DNA of 63,384 nt, the filler included, from Octopus bimaculoides (taxonomy: Eukaryota), in assembly GCF_001194135.2 (NCBI RefSeq). It is 8 parts of 8 records of this genome, joined end to end, with 100 filler letters (N's around TTAATTAATTAA, not from the genome) between each part and the next. Parts side by side here need not be neighbours in the genome. Positions count along the whole stretch, not along the records: positions 32,319 to 44,509 come from NC_068988.1; positions 44,610 to 47,052 come from NC_068983.1; positions 47,153 to 48,838 come from NC_069004.1; 5 more parts are not named here. The stretch is one strand, 5' to 3'. This document shows, in pieces, positions 36,610 to 48,590 of the stretch; within the stretch, counting starts at the first letter, position 1, and each line of letters starts with the position of its first letter. The translations under genes were made by a program, and so were the position numbers. The notes under the pieces were generated by a model. The model saw only the letters and a program-made list of their open reading frames with translations, did not search any database and had not been told where the DNA came from.

Positions 36610-39600
36610 ATATCTCACCTTTTGAAATTACGACTTTCGTAGGAAATGAAATCTATTTTATTGTTATTTTTTAATTTCTTTCCACCACCTCTCTCTTTTG
36701 AAATTTTGCTTTCCTCGGGAGTTCAATACATGTTCCGCTTAGGAATACTTTCTAAATGATCAGTCTGATTTTAATTGATTTAGGTATCGTTTATGCTCCC
36801 ATCGCTGGCCTTTTATTAAATACATAATGTTTCCAATTCTTTTAGTTAGAACACCACCCTGCCAACTCTCTTTACCGTTCTTGTATACTTTGAAATAGAC
36901 TGCGTCTCCGACATCAAAATGTTTAGTTTATAATTTTTTTCCTTGGCAACAATTTGTCAAAGATCGATTTAATCTTTCGAGCAAATATTAGCACTGCAGG
37001 CGACTTGCCTGCACTTGTATTCGGATTTGGCGTTATTCTGTACACACTTAAGAATTTAGTTAACGCTTCGTCATTTCCTAACTCGTTCCTTGCTTGCTTG
37101 AATGTATCTACGAAGCCGTTCTGCTTGCCCATTTGACAACGGGTGGTAGGGCGGGGTAATCATGTGCTTGACTGCACGCATTTTGCAGAATTTCTTGAGC
37201 TCGAATCCTGAAGATTGTGTTCCATTGTCCGAGACTATGGTGTCCACAACACCGTAACGAGCAAAAAGTTCGTGCGGGAACTTTATTGCTGCCTTCAAGG
37301 TAGATTGACTGCACCTACATAGATCTGACCACTTGGTAAAACTATCAACAATGATCAAGTAACAGACACTATTCACTGGTCCATCATAGTTTATATGTAA
37401 CCTGGACCACAGATTATCTGTCTCAGGCCACGATTGGTATTTCACGGGTGGCGCCTTGGCTGCTAACACACAACCTCTACATGAATTTACCAAATTTTCA
37501 ATGTCCCGGTCCATTGTCGGTCAATACATGTATTTCCTCGTGAAAGCTTTCATGCTTGATATCCTCGCGTGTTCACTATGAAATTCATGTAACATTCGTT
37601 TCTATAGTTCACTTGGTACTACCACTCTTTGTGCGTACATTAATACATCGTCGCAGAGTGAAAAGTGGTTCGCATTCGTGTTTCACTTTCGTTTATTTTT
37701 CAAGGTTTCCTTCACATTTATTTTGTATTTGTCCTCCTCTGATTTACTTTTTATAGCTTGCAGTCACTGGCACTCTCTGAATGACATTACACATAACGTT
37801 TTTAATTTCCTTTTCTGATTGTAATGCAGCTGTCACCATGTCTTCCAGTGGTTCCACATTCTTCAGGATTAGCCTAGATAAACAATCCGCATGGCAAATT
37901 TTCTTAGAAAGATTGTACTCCATCTTAAAGTTGTAATTTTAAAATATTGTACCCCAGCGTTGTAATCTGGTACCTGAAGGGGTAGAAATTCCATTCTTCG
38001 ATCCGAAAATTGATAGTAACAGTCGTCGGTGGTCCGTCTGAAGCTGAAAACTTCTACCAAGTAGAAATCTGCGAAATTTCTTCTTCAGCAAAAATAATCG
38101 CTAGAGGTTCTTTCTCTGACTGTAGTTTTTTTTTATCTGCTGTAATCATAACACGTGAGGCATGAACCACCGCCTTCATATTATCGTCTTTATATTTGTG
38201 TAGCAAAACTGCTCCTACGCCGTATTCAGAAGCATCAGAAGCTACAACTGTCTCTGCTACAGGATCGAAATGAGCCAGCGACAAATCAAAAATTAATATT
38301 TTTTAAGAAATATCCTGAAACGCCTTTTGACAGTTATTTGACCAATTCCATTTGGCGTCTTTCTTTAGCAAATTATTAAGTAAAGATCTCGATTCATACA
38401 TGTTTGGAATGTAATTTCGAATATAGTTCGTTAGGCTAAGAAAAGCTTATAATGTCGCTATGTTAGTTGGTGGGGAGGCATATTTTTAATTGCTTCTGAT
38501 CTCGATGGGTCATGTCGTCTTCCATTTTAATCTATAATTTGACCTAAATATTTAATTTTAGGCAAAAGGCATTCACATTTCTCCTCACTGAGTGTGAAAC
38601 CGTAATCTATTATTTTTTTGAGAAACACACTCCACATGTTCAATATGCTGATAGCGAGATTCACTTTAAATTAATACATCATCGAGGTATGGACTTGCAA
38701 ATTGTCTCCGCCAACACCGCATCTATAACCTGCTGAAATATTGCAGATGCGACCTTCAGACCAAATGCTGATCTATTATATTTGTATAGACCTCTGTGCG
38801 TATTCACTGTTAGAAGTTTCAAGCATTCCTCGTCTACTTTAATTTACACATACGCATCAGACAGATGCCACACGAATCAGACAAATGCCACCATTTAATT
38901 TTGCAAGGATATCCTCCAAAGAAGGCAGTGGATAATGGCACGCTTTTAGACGGTCATTCAAACCACTAGAAAACTCGTCACACACCCTAATTTCGTTGTT
39001 TTCTTTTTAATATATAAAATCATACATCTGTAATAGCTATTTCACCAATTTTGTTCACATTATGTTTTAAACAACTGTACATATTCAGCATGAATTTCAT
39101 TCAGGATGATATTGATTTCCACTCTCATTTATTCAAAACAACTGGAGTACATTATTATATTCAGTTAGCTTTGATGTAGCAATCTTTACATGTATATCTC
39201 ATGGGATTTATGAATAACAACATTAAACTATTCAGTAAAAAATCACATAGAGGTGATTCCCAATAGATTTTCCCATGCTTCACATTAAACAGTGTCAGTT
39301 TTATTTTGGAGAAAAATAATTTTTACAATAGAATAAAATTACCTGGAGTTTTCAGATACTGCTATGGGAACCAAATCTACTCCAGCATACGCAAACTGTT
39401 TAATAGAATGTTTGAAACAAAACTTTACCAAAAAGATTTAGAGGAAAGTTATGATGCTGATTTTAGAAGATAATGTTGTGGATTCATGAAAAGGATTTCT
39501 TGAGGAAAGTTCTCAAATAAGGTTTGCATATCGTTGAGAAGAATTCAGCTACCTGGAATTTATAAAGACAAAAACACAAAATTACCAATTCTCAATACAA

Positions 39601-40260
39601 TTACAATTAGAAATAACACCTTTATTACATGAGATGTGAACCTGAGTTTCAAAGCTCTCTACTCAGCACTTACAAAATGTCACATCTTCATCATTATTTC
39701 ATACCTGCTTCCATGCTGGCATGGTTTAGATGGTTCAATGAAATTCAAAAGATTAGAGAACCACATATCTTGCTCCTGCTTTAGTAAGGTTTTTATGCCT
39801 GAAAGCCTTTTTTAATGCCAACCAGTTTACAGAGTTTGTGGAATATTTCCTTTATGGAAACAGCATTAGTGAATGTTGTAGCAAGAGCTGCAACACCCTC
39901 TGCAAGAATAGACTTGACTGAATGACAATAGATAGTAGTAGTCTGAATGAGATGGCGACAGAGTAGGCGCTAATCACAGGAAGTCGTAAGGTGTCGTTTT
40001 GGTAGTTTGTCGGAATGTCATTTGTTGGTTTGTGCATCGTTCCACAATTCGCCAACGAAGTGAAGTTTTTCACCTGCCAGGCCTAGTGCAATTTTGTATG
40101 GTTTTTTGTTAACGTAGGTTTCCCAATTCTTTTCCATGTTTCGGTATTAATAATCGACATGTTGCTACCAGTATCTAGTTGTAATTTAGTATTCACTTCG
40201 TTTACTTTTGCATGTACAAATTTCCTCTTTTTAGAGTCACTTCTACTTTTCATTGAAAAA
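36610..40260 (-). mobile_element. Decayed Ty3/Gypsy pol (protease-RT-RNase H-integrase)
   Basis: DTGSNMSIIN protease (~40150); LPSLEDILAKLNGG and YLDD RT (~38700-38940); VASDASEYGVGAVL RNase H; IVDSFTKW, IVSDNGTQ and PPYHPLSNGQAER integrase. Many stops and frameshifts. Confidence 0.9.
39040..39620 (+). mobile_element. Penelope-like RT fragment nested in the Gypsy element, opposite strand
   Basis: 39355-39410 translates DTAMGTKSTPAYANCLI, matching the PLE RT motif GTAMGTxxAPxYAN. The rest is heavily decayed. Confidence 0.65.
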
Positions 40261-40725
40261 ACTTTAGAATGTTTTATGTTCGACTTTTCTATGATACGTT
40301 AGAAATGTCCTGCACAAATCTATTTGTAGCTCAGTACTTCTGAAACCTGCACAGTTACTGGAAACTTAAGGTGCATCACTTGGGGAAAACAGAAGGCTCT
40401 ACACATAACCATCTGTTAAATCTCCTGTTAGAATTTTGGTCTTAGTAGAAGTTTTCCTCATCAGAAAAGCACCATAGTTTGCCATGTGAAAGTGGATTTT
40501 AAACATTTCTTAATCACAGTGTTCTACGTATATAGAAGCAATAACTGCATGTCTTTCCATTTCTTATGTTAACATTCAAACTGCCATGAAGGATCTGAAG
40601 GAAATAAAAATCTCTTAATTGGTTTCAAGAAAGTAATATGCTGATAATTAAGTGTCTTCAAATACCTCTTATGCATTGTGTATTGTGTCTGTCTATGTAT
40701 CTATATATCTATATAAGTGTGTGTC

Positions 40726-40778
<53 letters not shown>

Positions 40779-41704
40779 AAACAGTAAATGAGTATATGCA
40801 TATATACGTACAGGTATGTGCATACCGACATCAACCTGCATGTATAGGTGCATATCTGGGTACAGGACATTGCAAACAAAACGTAGACGAGAAAACACAC
40901 AAGCCACATAGAGAACATTCTTCTTCATCAGCTACCCCCGTTTTAACACCGGCATTCCCACACACACATATGTATTATATATATAGAGTAATATCTCACT
41001 TTACAAGAACCCAATTTACAAGACCCCACGTTTACAAGTTTCATTTTATAATAAATATAAAAGGTTACACAGCCATTTTGAGTGTGTGGTAACACTGGTT
41101 TTTATGCGTCTACTTCGTGATGAAATAAAATGACAGCATAAAATTGCATTGCTCTGCTTTACAAGTTTTCACTTTACAAACAGTCTCTGGGAACAATTTG
41201 TATATTATTTGTATATGTATCTACCTATCTATATATATGTGTGTCTATCTACCTATCTATATATATATATGTGTGTGTGTGCAATAACACATATACACGT
41301 ATGTATTTATTCATTAGAATTTTAGGATTTTTCATGGAAGGACAGATCTGGTTTGTAACTGAAAAACAAAAGCTACATAACTGGAATTCGGATAATAATG
41401 AATTTAGAAAACCTTTGCATACTTTTATTCTCAATTACTAATTGTATTTATAAAGGGTTTATTAGTCAGTCTCTGGAAAATTCTTGAAAATCCTAGCATT
41501 TCCAGATTGTCATTTAGACATTAACTAACATAGCTAAGTACACTAATAATTCTTGGTATAAATGTAAATTATAGTCAGAGTAGAGGTGCTGTAAGTTTTG
41601 AAGCAATTCTCCAAATATATATTCTCTTTCATGCTGATTGCAGGAGAAGTTCATATCTTCAAGTCGGCGAACCTCTATGACTATACATAACCTTTGTAAC
41701 TATA

Positions 41705-42075
41705 CATGCGGGTGGCACATAAAATACACCATTTGAGTGTGGCCATTGCCACTACCGCCTGACTGGCCTTCGTAGGATTTTCGAGCAAGATCGTTGCCAG
41801 TGCCCCTGGACTGGCTCTTGTGCGGGTGGCACATAAAATACACCATTTGGAGCGTGGCCATTGCCAGTACTGCCGGACTGGCCTTCGTGCGGGTGACATG
41901 TAAAAGCACCCACTACACTCTCTAAGTGGTTGGCGTTAGGAAGGGCGTCCAGCTGTAGAAACTCTGCCAAATCAGATTGGAGCCTGGTGTTGCCATCCGG
42001 TTTCACCAGTCCTCAGTGAAATCGTCCAACCCATGCTAGCATGGAAAGCGGACGTTAAACGATGATGATGATGAT
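41705..42075 (+). repeat. Short tandem duplication of a SINE segment (GCGGGTGGCACATAAAATACACCATTTG, 2-3 units) running into a SINE 3' end with (GAT)n tail
   Basis: Units start at ~41708, ~41822 and ~41888. Confidence 0.65.
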
Positions 42076-42614
42076 ATGCATAAGCACATCCATATCACTT
42101 CTATATTATTCTATACTTTGATCTCATGCTCTTTGTTTTGTTTCCGTTATGTTGCTTCAACCCACTTTTCACAACACAACAACCACTCTTGTCTCATACA
42201 TACATACACCATCCCGCCCACACACAAATAAAGATGTGCATATTTACACACTTCACCCTCACAACACTTTCCCTTGCACCATACCTGCACATCCTCTACT
42301 CCATAATGCTACTGTTGTTTTTTTTCTTCTTCCCCATATGTCCCATTTACCATCATCTGTCATCAATTTCTGAATCCATCATTCCATATTTATTAAATTA
42401 TCCCAGGATATTATTATATTTCTTTAATTAATATCAAGAAACTTATTAAGTTAGACAATTTTTTTTTATTTATTATATTTTATTTATTTATTTATTTTCT
42501 CATTCTTTCTGGTATTATAATACTTTTCTTTTGATAAGAATTGATGAAATGTTGTTGCTTTTCTGAAAGTGTGCACATATGTATGTATGTATGTATGTGT
42601 ATGTATACACACAC

Positions 42615-42708
<94 letters not shown>

Positions 42709-42876
42709 GTATGCATATATATATATCTATATATAGATATAGATATAGATATAGATATATATAGGCATATATGCTTTTACATATGTTTATATTTTGCTTA
42801 TATACATGTGTGTGTCGTGGGTGTCTAGTATAAAGACATACATATTTATATAGATGTATACATATGCATCTTTCTC

Positions 42877-42907
<31 letters not shown>

Positions 42908-43160
42908 TTGCATATACATATATATTATATCTTATAGGGTTTTCCTTCTGAAAAAAATTTCTGTTCCTTTTGTTGTTTATATTTAAATTTAAAAAAATTA
43001 CTTTTTCTATTTCTTACTTCTATTTTGGGATGATATTGAATTACTGCACGTGCATGTTGCATGTGCATGCATATATAAATATATATGCACGTATTTGTTT
43101 GTTTGCCTGTTTATCTGTATATATGTGTGTGTGTGTGTATCTATATGCATATACATCTTC

Positions 43161-43210
<50 letters not shown>

Positions 43211-44611
43211 NNNNNNNNNNNNNNNNNNNNNNNNNNNNNNNNNNNNNNNNNNNNNNNNNNNNNNNNNNNNNNNNNNNNNNNNNNNNNNNNNNNNNNNNNN
43301 NNNNNNNNNNNNNNNNNNNNNNNNNNNNNNNNNNNNNNNNNNNNNNNNNNNNNNNNNNNNNNNNNNNNNNNNNNNNNNNNNNNNNNNNNNNNNNNNNNNN
43401 NNNNNNNNNNNNNNNNNNNNNNNNNNNNNNNNNNNNNNNNNNNNNNNNNNNNNNNNNNNNNNNNNNNNNNNNNNNNNNNNNNNNNNNNNNNNNNNNNNNN
43501 NNNNNNNNNNNNNNNNNNNNNNNNNNNNNNNNNNNNNNNNNNNNNNNNNNNNNNNNNNNNNNNNNNNNNNNNNNNNNNNNNNNNNNNNNNNNNNNNNNNN
43601 NNNNNNNNNNNNNNNNNNNNNNNNNTGCATATATATATATATATGTAGGCATGTATGTATGTGTGTGTGTATTTCTATGTTTATATATATGTACACAGTT
43701 ACAGCTGTATAATTTGAAATTCGTTTCTTTTGATTATTAAATAGACTAAAATTCTGATACTTATGTATATGATTGAGCATACTGTATATAATGATAGCAT
43801 TATGTAATATATGTGTGTGAAAATAAACACTCATTCATAAATGCACACTGTCTTTTATTTTAATTCATTGACAGTCCCCACACTTTGATCAAGTCTTTAT
43901 GATGGTCAATGTTCATTGTTTACATATTCATTAAAACACTTGACTTTAGCTTTGTATGTGTGTGAGTGGGTGGGTGTGTGTGTATGTGTGTGTGTGTGCA
44001 TGCCTTTGAGTGTGTGTGCATCTATAGGTGTATATTTGTATGTATACATATATATGTCAATCAGTGGCGTGCGGTGACTTCCGGGGTTGGGCATGCAATG
44101 AATTTCTCCCCCCCCCCCGGGCAATTTTTCAGTAAATAAATTTTCGTATTCCTACAATTTACATAGAGGAGATTCTGAATATGCAATCACTCCCGTATGA
44201 CCTAGAATAAGCAGGGAATAAAAAATGGCTCTGTAAAGATGAGCCTGAAATAAGTGTATTGTTTATATTTTTCTCTCTCTTCGAAACGTCAGTACTTTCC
44301 CATCCTCACTCTCCCTTAAAAAGTCTAAAAATCATAAGTGAAATGTAATAAAGATGAAATTGGATTCTGTTAATATTTTTGCATATTCGGAATCTCTGTT
44401 AAAGGTAGGAATCAGAAAATTTTTTTTCACAAAATTCGTTTTTCAAAGGGGTGCGATTCTGCATTAGCCCCTATACCTATTGGTTGAGCTGAATCAAATT
44501 GAAATGATTNNNNNNNNNNNNNNNNNNNNNNNNNNNNNNNNNNNNNNNNNNNNTTAATTAATTAANNNNNNNNNNNNNNNNNNNNNNNNNNNNNNNNNNN
44601 NNNNNNNNNAG

Positions 44612-44733
44612 TACAAGGCTTTGGTCGGCCCGCGGCTATAGTAGAAGACACTTGCCCAAGGTGCCACGCAGTGGGAATGAACCTGGAACCATGTGGTTGG
44701 TAAGCAAGTTACTTACCACACAGCGACTCCTGG
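44612..44733 (-). mobile_element. CORE-like SINE fragment
   Basis: Reverse complement of the 31860 head. Confidence 0.85.
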
Positions 44734-44814
44734 TATAAACATTAGAATGTAATAAATTTCCTTCTGCGAGGCACATGGTCTATTGCCGGTTATACATACA
44801 TACATACATACATG

Positions 44815-44863
<49 letters not shown>

Positions 44864-44874
44864 ATCTTGTTATA

Positions 44875-45113
44875 AGAGAAACAGTTTTACATTAAAACGA
44901 AGGATTACTCAATACATTTGGTAGAGCACAAATTTAGTCTTCTTTAACAAGAATAGTATTGACAGTGACTTCGAAGTATCGGCCCGCTAATCCATCGCGT
45001 GTGTGTGTGTGTGTGTGTGAATAATATATGCATAAATATCATATACATACGTGTATGTGTGTATATATATATGTATACACACACACACACACACACATAC
45101 ACACACACACACG

Positions 45114-45160
<47 letters not shown>

Positions 45161-45333
45161 TATTGTTCGTGTTTGTTGAATTGCAGTAAAAGCACCATTA
45201 AATTGAACGATTAAACCACAATTTTTGTGGAGAATACATTTTATTTTTTACGAGAATAGTGTTGACTGACTTTGAAGTTTCGACCTATTTGCTTTCATCG
45301 GACTGTAAGGCCGAAATTTCGCAGTCACTGTCA
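44875..45333 (-). repeat. Two decayed copies plus an inverted half-copy of a ~140-bp repeat containing a hammerhead (third copy at ~47735-47860)
   Basis: The copies share TTACATTAAA..GAAGGATTA...CAAGAATAGTATTGACAGTGACTTCGAAGTTTCGG. Inverted half GGCCGAAATTTCGCAGTCACTGTCA at 45309-45333 (+). Confidence 0.7.
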
Positions 45334-45380
45334 TGTCACTACTCTATCACCGTTGTGAAAATATGATATATATATATCAT

Positions 45381-45674
45381 GAGTGGCTGTGTGGTAAGTA
45401 GCTTGCTTACCAACCACATGGTTCCGGGTTCACTCCCACTGCGTGGCACCTTGAGCAAGTGTCTTCTACTATAGCCTCAGGCCGACCAAAGACTTGTGAG
45501 TGGATTTGGTAGACGGAAACTGAAAGAAGCCTGTCGTATATATGTGTATAAATATATATATATGTGTGTGTATGTGTGTGTTTGTGTGTCTGTGTTTGTC
45601 CCCCCAACATCGCTTGACAACCGATGCTGGTGTGTTTATGTCCCCGTAACTTAGCGGTTCGGCAAAAGAGACCG
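45381..45674 (+). mobile_element. CORE-like SINE, extended form
   Basis: Nearly identical to 31860-32160. Confidence 0.9.
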
Positions 45675-46166
45675 ANNNNNNNNNNNNNNNNNNNNNNNNN
45701 NNNNNNNNNNNNNNNNNNNNNNNNNNNNNNNNNNNNNNNNNNNNNNNNNNNNNNNNNNNNNNNNNNNNNNNNNNNNNNNNNNNNNNNNNNNNNNNNNNNN
45801 NNNNNNNNNNNNNNNNNNNNNNNNNNNNNNNNNNNNNNNNNNNNNNNNNNNNNNNNNNNNNNNNNNNNNNNNNNNNNNNNNNNNNNNNNNNNNNNNNNNN
45901 NNNNNNNNNNNNNNNNNNNNNNNNNNNNNNNNNNNNNNNNNNNNNNNNNNNNNNNNNNNNNNNNNNNNNNNNNNNNNNNNNNNNNNNNNNNNNNNNNNNN
46001 NNNNNNNNNNNNNNNNNNNNNNNNNATTCGATTTAAAAAAAACACATTGTTGAAAAATGTTAAGTGCAAGGGTGGGGTAAAGCATTTTCCCCCAGCTTTA
46101 CCCTACTTCCCCTTCCGTAGTCTCTTTCCTTTCCTGTTATCTAATGCCTCATCTCAAATACTGACA

Positions 46167-46200
<34 letters not shown>

Positions 46201-46399
46201 CACGCGCGCGCACTGTATGAGTGTGAGGGTGTGTTGCATGTCAAACTGGAGAGTTTCCATATATTATAGCGCCCCGGATCGACTAATGTCTGGAAACTGT
46301 GTGGAAGCCTGCCTTGCGTCAGTGTCCGCGCCTGATTGTCTTTGTACTCCTCTGTAGCCTGACAACTGTTTGATGTAAAAGACAAAAAAAAAGGTGTAG

Positions 46400-46985
46400 T
46401 AAGAAGGTTGGTTCCCAACCACATGGTTCCGGGTTCAGTCACACTGCATGGCACCTTAGGCAAGTGTCTTCTACTCTAGCTTCAGGCCGACCAAAACCTT
46501 GTAAGTTGCTTTCGTAGACGGAAACTGAAAGAAGCCTGTCATATATATATGTTGTTACTTTTTATTATTATTATATATATTATACATATAATATATATTC
46601 TTTTGTTTGTCCCAGTCATTTGACTGTGGCCATACTGGAGTACCGCCTTCAGTCGAACAAATCGACCCCAACACTCGTTCTTTGTAAGCCAAGTACTTAT
46701 TCTATCGGTCTCATTGGCCGAACCGCTAGTTTACGGGGACGTAAGCACACCAGCACCGGATGTCAAGCGATGGTGGGGGAACGAATACCGACACACAAAC
46801 ATATACACAAATATATATATATAAGACGGGCTTCTTTCAGTTTCCGTCTATCAAATTCACTCAAAAAGCTTTGGTCTGCCCGAGGTTATAGTAGAAAAAA
46901 CTTGACCAAGGTGCCACGCAGTCGGACTGAACCTTGAATTAAGTAGGTGGTAAGCAAGCTACTTACCACACAGCCACACCTACGC
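46400..46985. mobile_element. Plus-strand SINE head (46400-46545) followed by a minus-strand extended SINE (46600-46985)
   Basis: Same family sequences in opposite orientations. Confidence 0.8.
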
Positions 46986-47005
46986 CTACAGCCTCTGCTA
47001 CGCCC

Positions 47006-47037
<32 letters not shown>

Positions 47038-47152
47038 ATATTTATATATATANNNNNNNNNNNNNNNNNNNNNNNNNNNNNNNNNNNNNNNNNNNNTTAA
47101 TTAATTAANNNNNNNNNNNNNNNNNNNNNNNNNNNNNNNNNNNNNNNNNNNN

Positions 47153-47211
<59 letters not shown>

Positions 47212-47335
47212 ACGATATTATTTCTAAAAATAATAATGCTAGTCGCCGCGAGCATACAGCCGTATAGGAAAATTAATAATTATATATCAGATATATAAAT
47301 ATATTTATATTCATATTTTTATGTATTTTGACCAT

Positions 47336-47398
47336 ACTACACTGATGAGCAGAAGTTATATATTGTTATAATAACTGCGAAATCGTTCGATATATAGT
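47336..47398 (+). ncRNA. Solo type I hammerhead ribozyme motif
   Basis: ACTACA CTGATGA GCAG...CTGC GAAA TC GTTC GA TA TATAGT. Helix II opens with 4 bp, helix III is 3 bp plus a GUUC loop, the triplet is AUA, and helix I has 5 of 6 pairs. Confidence 0.78.
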
Positions 47399-47734
47399 TC
47401 TGTCTGTTTTTAAGAGGCCAACTTTTGAGAATTGCATTTCCTCGCGTTCGGTAAAAATGTGTTTATTATGGTAGTTTGACCTTAGCAGTCCCTCATAAGC
47501 GTGAGGCATTATTGTATAGTAATGCCCTTATATAAATTTAAATATATTTATATATACTGGGGTACTACATAAGCACCTATATATGTATGCGTATATATAT
47601 ATATATATATTTATATGAAGCTTAATCGTCTTTATCTGTATCACTACCTTTCTTTCTCTCTCTCTCTCTCTCTTTGTATATGTATGTATGTGTGTATTTT
47701 TTAATGTTTGTTCTTTTGTTAATTTATAATAAAA

Positions 47735-47860
47735 CAATGTTACATTAAACTGAAGGATTATTCATTAGTTTTTGTAGTACATATTGATTATTCCTTAACA
47801 ATAATTGTATTGACAATGGCCTCAAAGTTTCGGTCTACCCAGCCATCATCAGACTTTTTG
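47735..47860 (-). repeat. Third copy of the 44.9-kb hammerhead repeat
   Basis: Minus strand: AGT CTGATGA T GGCTGGGTAGACC GAAA CTTTGAG GCC ATTGTC. The core is intact but the GUC triplet is mutated to GCC. Confidence 0.7.
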
Positions 47861-48339
47861 CAGCATTCCCTCAGTTTTTCTAAGCCTTGTAAATGAACTA
47901 GGAAGGTTGGGCCTCCAACCAGGCCTTTCGTGACACCCTTAAAGCCAGGAACTTTTCAGCACCTTCACGTAGTCTACATCATTGAAATCAAATGAAGTCA
48001 CAGTTGTTACATCAGAGTTTTCTTCTCTTAGAGAGATGTCTATATAAAGATTAGGCCTATCTCTCACTCCCAGCTATTGGACGGCCATTCATACTACTGA
48101 GTTCATATGAACTCTGGCAGAATTTGGTCTTTGTCTTGCAGGATATCCCACGAAAACCACTATCCTTATAAAGCCGATGATGCAAGAATAAACATCTGCC
48201 TCACAATCATCTGCTACGGGATCGAACTCCCAACAACATATTTGTGAAACGAATCTCTTAACCACGCAATAACTTCTTCGCCTTCACAAAAGTAAAAAAC
48301 AAAATAATGAAGTATTTAAATTCGAAATGTTTCACCTAC

Positions 48340-48590
48340 TTGAAAGAAACTATTTCTCGAATAGCTGAGTGTTTTGGCGTGATGAAACCTAAGCTCTGTC
48401 TGTAACCCTTCTCTTCGACGAATGCATAAGCCTTCTTGTCCTTCGCAGCGAAATACCTCACAACTGAGCTGTCCATGACATAGGCAAAGTTCTCGGTCAA
48501 CACCATTTCCATTATTTTAGCAGTATCTGTGACATTCGGACTCCTGCGGATCTCTCGACCAATCGTCCGATACGATGGATTCCGTGATTT
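48340..48590 (-). CDS. Internal exon of an ionotropic glutamate receptor-like / variant IR gene (S2 ligand-binding segment)
   Basis: Acceptor TTTGTCTTAACAG at 48591, donor AA|GTAGGT at 48339; 251 bp, phase 0 to 2, open throughout. Translation KSRNPSYRTIGREIRRSPNVTDTAKIMEMVLTENFAYVMDSSVVRYFAAKDKKAYAFVEEKGYRQSLGFITPKHSAIREIVSF aligns by eye with iGluR S2 (YAFLMES...YGIATPKGSxxR). Confidence 0.8.
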
